A DNA stretch of 61,944 nucleotides from positions 1-61,944 of IMG/VR virus record IMGVR_UViG_3300032268_000572. The stretch is one strand, 5' to 3'. The stretch is from a virus. Lineage: Duplodnaviria; Caudoviricetes. Shown here piece by piece: positions 55,601 through 61,944 of this stretch (the first letter of the stretch is position 1; every line of letters starts with the position of its first letter). A program made the translations under genes and the position numbers. The notes under the pieces are model-generated. The model was not told the DNA's origin, did no database searches, and saw nothing but the letters and a program-made list of their open reading frames with translations.

Positions 55601-57282
55601 CCGATTGGTATAACAACCCCAAGCTGAGTAAGGCCACGCCACTAACTGTCGACGATGATGGTCGCGTTTATGGTCACATAGCAGCTTGGCATGTGGACCA
55701 CATTGGACTTCCATACGGCACTAAGCCTCCCCGCTCTCGCAGTAATTATGCATACTTCCACACTGGCGTTGTTCGTACTGAAGACGGTTCAGATGTTCCA
55801 GTAGGTCAGCTCACCTTGGCTGGTGGACATGCTTCTCTAGAGGCTTCTGCTGCTGAGGCAGTTAAGCACTACGACGACACAGCTTCCGCAGTTGCTGACG
55901 TCCACGCTGGAGAAGACCAGTTTGGAATTTGGGTAGCTGGTTCTCTACGTCCAGGTACTGGACCTGAGCAGATTCGCACTCTACGTGCTTCCGCTCCTTC
56001 AGGAGACTGGAGACCAATTCGTGGCTCTCTAGAACTAGTTGCCGTATGTCAGGTAAACGTTCCAGGTTTCCCAATTGCTCGTGCTCGTGTTGCTTCTGGT
56101 GCAGTAGTAGCTCTTGTAGCAGCTGGTGCTAGCGTTCTTGCAAAACTAAAAGCAGACCCAGTTAGCGAACTTTCCAGCAGAGTACAGAAGCTTGAGAGCA
56201 TGAATCTTCTTGAAGAAAGAGGAGCAGAGCTAGCAGCCATCAAAGCTAAGTTTAATGAAGTAAAAGCAGAGTTTGCTTATGATGACTTTGCATTTATTTC
56301 TAGCCAAACTAGGAAAAAACTAGCAAAAGCTGGAATGGCTTTGCCTGACGGTTCTTTCCCAATTAGAAACTCTTCAGACTTGAAAAATGCTATTCAATCT
56401 TATGGCAGAGCAAGCAAAGAAAAGCGTGCTTCAGTTCGTAGACACATTATGAAGCGTGCACGTGCTCTAAAGAAGTATGACTTGGTTCCTCAAGATTGGA
56501 AGTCAGCATCTGCTGATGGCATAACTGCCTCCGTAGAGGCCATGAGGTCAAAAATAGAATCAGTTTCTGCGAGTGGCGGATACGCTGCTCCAGAGGAGGT
56601 TCTTGACCCAAAAAAAGCAGTAGCGCCAGCTAAGGTAGCTGGCGCAGACTCCAAGAAGTTTGAGTCGCTAGCTAATGAAGAGGAAATTGACCCTATAACT
56701 GGCGAACCAATCCTACCTAGCGATGAGCTTTTAGAAGATGGAAGAGTTGGCACTGATGGCAGAAAAGATGAAGGTATCTACACAGCCAAAAGCCAGCCTA
56801 GAGACCAGCAGGGCAAATTCCGTAAAGTTCTAGCTCGCCTAAAACAGGACTTGGGAACAGCTGGCCTTCAAAATATTGTAGAAGAAGTCAAGTACGTAGA
56901 AGGCCTAAACAAGCTAGGAAACTACCAAGAATCTTCTGATGCGGCTGGAAAGCTTATAGACATTGTAGACAGGCTAGACGCTGGAGCTCTAAATAAAATT
57001 TCGCTCGAGAACGTCCGTTCTTCAGCACGTGAACTTGGCAAGGTAATTGCCAACCTACCTCTAGGGTTTGACAATCAAGCTCGAAAAGTTAGGTATTCAG
57101 ATTTGCCCCCTGCTCTTAGGGACCTCATGGATGACATGATTACTAGGGTTGAGGACAAAATTGGTAAGGAAGATGCTGACATAGCAACTGAAGCCTTGAG
57201 GGCATTTAAGGGTGGTTCTGACGTATTCAGTCAGGGCGAAATCTCTGCTCAAATGGGCAAGCTACTCAGACTTCTTACCTAA
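52663..57282 (+). CDS. capsid maturation protease multidomain fusion
   Basis: ESGDGR, LPLMWQ, GHAGSVVVGRID, GVSAD, GVTIVPKPAF (~55000-55450); second module GRVYGH..SGDWR..VNVPGFP; position before the capsid gene. Confidence 0.8.
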   Translation: MSKIVGRSGSKLLVRGTSFAVVYDTEASLIIDSGKADDLAASRIWKNTNELISPEANSLVASALEGLEAGTITAAGRRLFTIPSGVKAEAKKALQWRREEKRGGTPVGLNTARTLARGGQIGLEKIRHIAKYFPRHEVDKKGKGWSVGEDNFPSNGRIAWALWGGDAGWRWARAIVEREDKKAMKADAYVNRLGADVSAFKKAFENGDGLGPEFIARVRMDGTGIDRIYKVDLDGEVYFWDDGNWDDLGYVDGDIWTYDKSIDDPYDTVAKQHIMIDPESAVVICARLQTLPFDNVSVFDIDAEEAKIAQDYLINEIDEIDFIDRVITAAGETGIKVADADGVYSPEERSQKATQQVRNAAGRFSKQGSRVTVNGNRQGTITSINPANKSVVVKYDDGATETVPASSTRAVQENVPVSSNVSDVNISDVTPLDVSGILGEPRTPIDRPQAQMPGTLPALTRDDLTSLMSNWPAWVQSQRNAFSPLPVSTQVSKDPKNLTKEYQEDLYKKTGIKHSFDPYDHPLLKKFFSKRDSEGRSPNAIYAAATKDERPKELTPATSDIQPLYMAIVSPEDLRAVMDLVALIPASSKSNEPMTYVRKEGKWVREPNILADLNSATPPPVVPLDIDTLDSVLKQADGLVASAYTKDLVLTVLWGPDKENIADAILAAGGLDRNRGNAEELRKYWTRGKGGAKIRWGTPGDWTRCVRNLRKYIGPRSKGYCALRHKEMNGVWPGDRKNRQKFSSNVKLGTFSIQFLNNSETVLSVSTLTASGDFSEEFSYEGSKFIIPLVIPEELESGDGRKFKKDSISFRELPLPLMWQIKTDDGHAGSVVVGRIDHMERTEQGIGNAYGVFDTGPYAKEVERLVKYKFIRGVSADMDQFEAEEQEDTNDKENAKKSKDSIGKTKISINKARVMGVTIVPKPAFQECQIFLDAQEDGDYQEDTLIPTDGIYVDEMEPQDASSLVACGIVASSILVTPPADWYNNPKLSKATPLTVDDDGRVYGHIAAWHVDHIGLPYGTKPPRSRSNYAYFHTGVVRTEDGSDVPVGQLTLAGGHASLEASAAEAVKHYDDTASAVADVHAGEDQFGIWVAGSLRPGTGPEQIRTLRASAPSGDWRPIRGSLELVAVCQVNVPGFPIARARVASGAVVALVAAGASVLAKLKADPVSELSSRVQKLESMNLLEERGAELAAIKAKFNEVKAEFAYDDFAFISSQTRKKLAKAGMALPDGSFPIRNSSDLKNAIQSYGRASKEKRASVRRHIMKRARALKKYDLVPQDWKSASADGITASVEAMRSKIESVSASGGYAAPEEVLDPKKAVAPAKVAGADSKKFESLANEEEIDPITGEPILPSDELLEDGRVGTDGRKDEGIYTAKSQPRDQQGKFRKVLARLKQDLGTAGLQNIVEEVKYVEGLNKLGNYQESSDAAGKLIDIVDRLDAGALNKISLENVRSSARELGKVIANLPLGFDNQARKVRYSDLPPALRDLMDDMITRVEDKIGKEDADIATEALRAFKGGSDVFSQGEISAQMGKLLRLLT

Positions 57283-57420
57283 ATAATAAACAACAAAAAA
57301 CAATGTATAATTGTTCTTAGGTGGAGTGCCTCCGCGCCTAGTTGCGTGTAGTCCCTTTGCTTTAGACCGAACACAGCAAGTGAATGAAGTCCATTCACAC
57401 AACTGTCCTTAGGAGGTACA

Positions 57421-59523
57421 GTGGACCAGATTAAGTCGCAAATTGACGTACTGTCTGAGCTTAGTGACGACCAAGTCGCACAGCTACAGGCCGATATCGT
57501 AAGCGAATTTGAATCAGTTGAGTCCCAAGAACCTACCGCAGAAACAGTTGACGCTATGACGTCGCTTGCCGACATGTTGGACTCAGTGAAGACTGAAGTT
57601 CAGCAGCGCGAGGCCGCTGCCGAGGAGCTTGCTGCGCGAGCTGCTGAGGCAACCATGCGTGTTAAAGGCGAGGACGAGGAAATGGGAGAAGACGAGATGA
57701 TTCCAGCTGAAGAAGTAGAAACTCCAGAAGCAGAAGAAGAAGTCGCACCCACCGAAGAAGTCAAAATGGCTGACGAGGTTCCTGAAGATGAGGAAGATAA
57801 AAAAGACATGAAGTCTTATTCTTCCGATTCATCCACAGCGTCTACTGAAGCGGTAGAAGGTTCTGAACTTTCAACTGAAGAAGAAACTGAAGCAGAAGTA
57901 GTTACTGAAGATGCACCAGTTGCAGATGAAGTAGTTGCAGAAGCTACCATTGAAGGCTCAATCGAGCTTTCAACCGAAGAGGAACAGCCAGCTGTAGAAG
58001 CTGAGGCTGAGAAGACCGAAGAAGAGCCAGTTACTGAAGAAGCAGTTGTTGCTTCTGGTGACGACTCTCCAGAGGCACCAGCCGAAGAATCTGTAGTAGA
58101 TGCTGAAACCCCTCAAGAAGCAGATGTAGTAGAAGCAGTCGTTGAGACTGAGCCTGCTGCAGAAGCATCAACCCAAGAAGAAAACCAAAACGCTCTAGAA
58201 GAGCAGGAAGAGCAGGCACCCGTGACCGCCTCAGCAGACGAGAGCTTCCAAGCTCCAGCTGACCGCCAGCCTGTAATCCAGGTTTTGGAACCAGCTAAGG
58301 TAGCAATTACCGCTGGTGCCGACATCCCTGGTTACACCGCTGGAACAGAAATCAAGAACATGTACGAAGTAGCTTCGGCTATGGAAAAGCGCATCCACTC
58401 GCTTCGTCGTGTAAACGGAGGAGATGGAGAGCAGCACATTGTTGCATCCGTAACCACCCAGTTCCCAGAGGAGCGCACTCTATCTACCGACGCTGAGTCA
58501 AACGCAGCCAAGATTGATGCTGTTGTAGGCCAAGAGGCACTTGTTGCCGCTGGTGGACACGCAACACCATTCGAAGTTAAGTACGACATCTTCTCCGTCG
58601 GCTCTACCACTGACCGCCCAGTTCGCGATGCATTGCCTCGCTTCCAGGCTGACCGTGGCGGAATCCGCTTCGTAACCCCGCCAAGCTTTGCTGCTGGTTC
58701 CTACGCTAACGCTGTTGGCATCTGGACTGCTGCAAACGACTCAGCGGAGACACCAAGCCCAGCCTCTAAGCTAAGCCTAACTGTAACTGCAGCTCAGGAG
58801 AACACCGTTTCTACTGACGCAGTTACTCTACAGCTACAGTTTGGTAACCTCATGACTCGCGCTTACCCAGAGTTGATTGCTCGTCACAACGAGCTAGCTC
58901 TAGTACAGCACGCACGTGAGGCAGAGCAGAACTTGTTGGCTAACATTGCTACTGGTTCTACTGCTGTTACAACCACTTCCGTAATTGGTTTTGGTCGTGA
59001 CTTCCTAGTACAGATTCGTCGTGCAGCTACTGCTTACCGTAGCCGTCACCGTATTGACCCTCAGACTCGTCTGAAGGCCATTATCCCAGCTTGGGTATAC
59101 GATGCTGTAGCAGCTGACCTAGCTCTAGCTATGCCAGGCGATGGAACACTATCAGTATCTCGTTCAGAGATTGATGCCTACCTAGCCAACGTAAATGTTG
59201 ACTTAGTAGCTTCTCTAGACGCAACTGTATTCGGTTCTCAGAGTGCTGCTGCACTTCTTGAGTTCCCAGACAGCTTCGTTTGGTATCTCTTCGCCGAAGG
59301 AACATTCTTGTTCCTAGATGGTGGAACTCTTGACCTAGGTATCATCCGTGACTCGTCACTGGTTGGAACCAACGATTACAAGATGTTCATCGAGACCTTC
59401 GAGAACGTTGCAAAGGTTGGAATTGAGTCTCTAGCTATCACCTCGACCATCTCGGTCAACGGTGTTGCTGCAGCTCTACGCGACACCACTGGTGGCGCAA
59501 CAGCAGCCGCTGTAGAGTACTAA
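57421..59523 (+). CDS. major capsid protein (hexamer type) with acidic scaffold-like N-terminus
   Basis: GGAGG RBS; ALVAAGG, RPVRDALP.FQADRGG, FLFLDGGTLDLGIIRDS.L..NDY..F.ETFE. Confidence 0.85.
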   Translation: MDQIKSQIDVLSELSDDQVAQLQADIVSEFESVESQEPTAETVDAMTSLADMLDSVKTEVQQREAAAEELAARAAEATMRVKGEDEEMGEDEMIPAEEVETPEAEEEVAPTEEVKMADEVPEDEEDKKDMKSYSSDSSTASTEAVEGSELSTEEETEAEVVTEDAPVADEVVAEATIEGSIELSTEEEQPAVEAEAEKTEEEPVTEEAVVASGDDSPEAPAEESVVDAETPQEADVVEAVVETEPAAEASTQEENQNALEEQEEQAPVTASADESFQAPADRQPVIQVLEPAKVAITAGADIPGYTAGTEIKNMYEVASAMEKRIHSLRRVNGGDGEQHIVASVTTQFPEERTLSTDAESNAAKIDAVVGQEALVAAGGHATPFEVKYDIFSVGSTTDRPVRDALPRFQADRGGIRFVTPPSFAAGSYANAVGIWTAANDSAETPSPASKLSLTVTAAQENTVSTDAVTLQLQFGNLMTRAYPELIARHNELALVQHAREAEQNLLANIATGSTAVTTTSVIGFGRDFLVQIRRAATAYRSRHRIDPQTRLKAIIPAWVYDAVAADLALAMPGDGTLSVSRSEIDAYLANVNVDLVASLDATVFGSQSAAALLEFPDSFVWYLFAEGTFLFLDGGTLDLGIIRDSSLVGTNDYKMFIETFENVAKVGIESLAITSTISVNGVAAALRDTTGGATAAAVEY

Positions 59524-59542
59524 AAACTACTCACTCGTTGAA

Positions 59543-59566
59543 GGGGTGCCTAGCAATAGGCACCCC
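59543..59566 (+). terminator. hairpin after the capsid gene
   Basis: ggggtgccta gcaa taggcacccc. Confidence 0.7.
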
Positions 59567-59602
59567 CGACACGGGATTTAAGATTTAGATAAGGATTTTA
59601 AA

Positions 59603-60478
59603 ATGGCTTTCACTAAGACTGGTGTTGTAACAGCACCTAAGATTGTGCCTTCGGCTTTTGGCCTACTCGCCGTAGTCAAGCCAGAAAATGGTCCCGATGA
59701 GGACCAGTGGATTAGGGGTTTCTCGCAGGAGTGGGAAACTACAATCGAGTACCTAACTAACTGGGACGGCACTGACACCACTTCTGGTGTACTAGTAAAT
59801 AACGCTACCGTAAATTACTACGACGAAATTAAACCATTTTTTATTGAAGTAGACGAAACTCGTTCTACTCTAGGATTTCTCGGTATTGACCGAATTGAAA
59901 GAATTAAGAGCCAGCTAGAAGGTATGACTCAAAAAGCTATCGAAGCTGAGCTTTGGGATGGAGCTGTTCGTAAAGGCGAGACTCACGAAAACAGGGCTCT
60001 CTCTTCTGCAACTGCAACAGTGTTAAATAGCGGAACTGCTGTTACTGCACGTAGGGCACTTGCGATTTTGGAGCACCAAATTGCTCTAGCTTCACAGGGT
60101 GGCGAGCAGGGTGTTATTCACATGACTCGCGATGTTGCAGCTCTACTTTCTAGTAGTTCAAACATGCTTTTTCATAACAAGGGTAAGGACCACCTACAGA
60201 CTTTTGGTGGTACACCTGTTATTGTCGGCTCTGGCTACTCAGGTGCTGGACCGACTGGCGCAACAGGAGCATCTGCTACTGACGCCAACAAATGGATTTA
60301 CGGCACTGGCACCGTCCGCACTTACGTGGGCGCTGTTGATGTCGTGAACGACAATCTAAGCCAAGCTTATGATGTGTCGGGTAATGCGAATGACATGCGT
60401 ATCAAGGCAATCCGCCCAGCTGCGGTTTACTTTGATACTTCAATCCACCTCGCTGTTCGGGTCGACCTAACAGCCTAA
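59603..60478 (+). CDS. second capsid protein (pentamer type)
   Basis: FGLL, GVIH, T..GTPVIVGSGY, WIYGTG.V; directly after the major capsid gene as in cluster B-like phages. Confidence 0.65.
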   Translation: MAFTKTGVVTAPKIVPSAFGLLAVVKPENGPDEDQWIRGFSQEWETTIEYLTNWDGTDTTSGVLVNNATVNYYDEIKPFFIEVDETRSTLGFLGIDRIERIKSQLEGMTQKAIEAELWDGAVRKGETHENRALSSATATVLNSGTAVTARRALAILEHQIALASQGGEQGVIHMTRDVAALLSSSSNMLFHNKGKDHLQTFGGTPVIVGSGYSGAGPTGATGASATDANKWIYGTGTVRTYVGAVDVVNDNLSQAYDVSGNANDMRIKAIRPAAVYFDTSIHLAVRVDLTA

Positions 60479-60498
60479 TAACTAAGGAGAATAGCTAA

Positions 60499-61575
60499 AT
60501 GGCTACTCAGGAATATGCTGCAAGCATACAGGGTGTCTGCATTCGTGTAACCCGTCTGGACGCTGCAGGAAATCTACTAAACGGAGCTGGGGACAGTTAT
60601 ACAACTTCTGCCTTCATGCGTCTTTCGTTCACCCCAGAATATGAAGAGGGCGACGAAATCACGGAAAAGTCCGCTAACGGAAGCGTTTGCGTTACTTACA
60701 AGTCTCCAGACACACTAAAAAGAATCACTATGGAACTTGCAATTTGTGAGCCAGATGTTGAGCTAACCAATCTCATCTCTGGTGGTCTACTTCTTCGCAA
60801 GAACCTAGGAAGCTTTGCCACACCAGACAACAAGTCAATCGGTTGGGCAGCCCCAGCCGTTGGAGACGACCCTGCTGGTTTTGGTGTAGCTATCGAGTCA
60901 TGGTCACACGCCATCAAGGATGGAAAGAAGAGTTCTACTCTTCCTTACTTCCACTGGGTGTTCCCATACGCTAAGCTACGTCAGTCTGGCGACCGTGTAA
61001 TTGAGAACGGAATGCTAGCAACTACTTTCGAAGGCTATGGCCTTGGAAACCTTGCATTCCAAGACGGACCTGATGGCCGTTGGGAGTTCCCAGTTGCAGC
61101 AGAGCGTCCATACAGCTACGCACGTGCTAGCTACGCACCAGTAGGTCTTAACGGATTCTACACTTGGAACTACGATGGCATCAACGATGCTTCTGAAAAC
61201 ACTGGCTACACTGCTGTTACTGACCTAGACTCTTCACCAGAGTTTAACGTTACTAACAAGGCTCTTACTTCTAACGTTGCTACAATAACAACTGAAGTTG
61301 ACCACGGTGCTATTGTTGGAGAAAGCGTAATTGTTTCTGGTGTTGACACAGACCTAAACGGTACCTTCACAATTACCGCTAGAACAGCTAACACCATTAG
61401 CTACGCTAAGGTCGCAGCAAACGTTGCCTCGACAGCAGTTACTAACACTAACGCTATTGTTAGGGTCACGTCTTCAACGTCTACCACTCAGTACAACGTA
61501 CCTGGTAACGTCGGATACAACCCAGACATTACAATTGACCGCGTGATTCGTTCAAACGAGGACCCAACCTCTTAA
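60499..61575 (+). CDS. major tail protein
   Basis: IRVTRLDAAG, YEEGDEITEKSANG..C, IESWS, YFHWVFP; C-terminal beta-rich extension. Confidence 0.8.
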   Translation: MATQEYAASIQGVCIRVTRLDAAGNLLNGAGDSYTTSAFMRLSFTPEYEEGDEITEKSANGSVCVTYKSPDTLKRITMELAICEPDVELTNLISGGLLLRKNLGSFATPDNKSIGWAAPAVGDDPAGFGVAIESWSHAIKDGKKSSTLPYFHWVFPYAKLRQSGDRVIENGMLATTFEGYGLGNLAFQDGPDGRWEFPVAAERPYSYARASYAPVGLNGFYTWNYDGINDASENTGYTAVTDLDSSPEFNVTNKALTSNVATITTEVDHGAIVGESVIVSGVDTDLNGTFTITARTANTISYAKVAANVASTAVTNTNAIVRVTSSTSTTQYNVPGNVGYNPDITIDRVIRSNEDPTS

Positions 61576-61587
61576 TAGTTGGTTCGA

Positions 61588-61635
61588 TACGGGCGGCATG
61601 TCTCATTGTATAATTTACATAGACATGTCGCCCGT
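61588..61635 (+). terminator. hairpin after the tail gene
   Basis: acgggcggcatgtct / agacatgtcgcccgt. Confidence 0.6.
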
Positions 61636-61658
61636 TTCAAATATTAGAAAGATTTAAA

Positions 61659-61944
61659 ATGACAGCACTTTGGATTGAACCAGAAGAGCTAGGCGTGTAT
61701 TCTCAAACTGAGTACGCAACCGAGGCCGCTCAGACAGCTTCTTTTTTACTTTGGGCTATGTCTGGACGTAAATTTACTGGAACTACTACAGTTACCGAAA
61801 GATACGTCTGCGCGAAACGTGCCTACAGAATGGGAGTTTCTTCTAGAACTTATGGTGGAGTTCTTATCAACGGTCAAGTATCAAACATCCCGTTAAATGA
61901 CTTTGACAACTACGCTGAACTAGTTGCTGATGGACTTTCTCCAG
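61659..61944 (+). CDS. head-to-tail adaptor (partial, runs off the window)
   Basis: MTALWIEPEEL..EAAQTASFLLWAMSGRKFTG; open to the window end. Confidence 0.6.
   Translation, partial: MTALWIEPEELGVYSQTEYATEAAQTASFLLWAMSGRKFTGTTTVTERYVCAKRAYRMGVSSRTYGGVLINGQVSNIPLNDFDNYAELVADGLSP

Noticed and set aside
41686-61397. Many minus-strand ORFs inside structural genes
   Set aside because: Shadows of long + strand genes with no RBS or motifs
1-61944. tRNA or rRNA genes
   Set aside because: No cloverleaf with T-loop consensus or rRNA-like sequence seen by eye; tRNAscan-SE/Aragorn would confirm

Overview
A 62 kb segment of a large tailed dsDNA phage. The host is most likely a low-GC actinobacterium (inference from a ClgR-like regulator, an r1t holin, GAAAGGA ribosome-binding sites, and a head/tail gene order like that of cluster B mycobacteriophages). 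Layout: (1) 1-6.3 kb, mostly minus-strand lysis, nuclease and membrane genes; (2) 6.35-6.8 kb, an iteron-like non-coding switch region; (3) 6.8-13.9 kb, glycosyltransferases, a Mom-like DNA modifier, a holin, a TerS-like protein, an atypical CHAP protein and a 2OG oxygenase; (4) 13.9-31.7 kb, about 27 short co-oriented cassettes, most with their own near-consensus SigA promoter, overlaid by several repeated DNA motifs (TGTC box, GACACGC, ACACGGAAAA, GCGCTCGC, strand-biased ACGG tracts) and small structured-RNA candidates (4 pseudoknots, a duplicated covarying hairpin, hairpins with anti-Shine-Dalgarno loops); (5) 31.7-62 kb, terL, an AT-rich putative pac/ori region, portal, Dps, a triple ADP-ribosyltransferase protein, a 3458-aa polyvalent protein (ART, kinase, GNAT, WYL, Nudix, a second ART-like domain), a protease fusion, two capsid proteins, the major tail protein and a partial adaptor. 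The best candidate for a new system is a shared [ILV][TVL]A[AGS] motif plus a QxR[DN]xxG[RK][FW] motif across head proteins and effectors, suggesting protease-processed, capsid-loaded effector polyproteins. All calls come from motifs read by eye; no searches were run.
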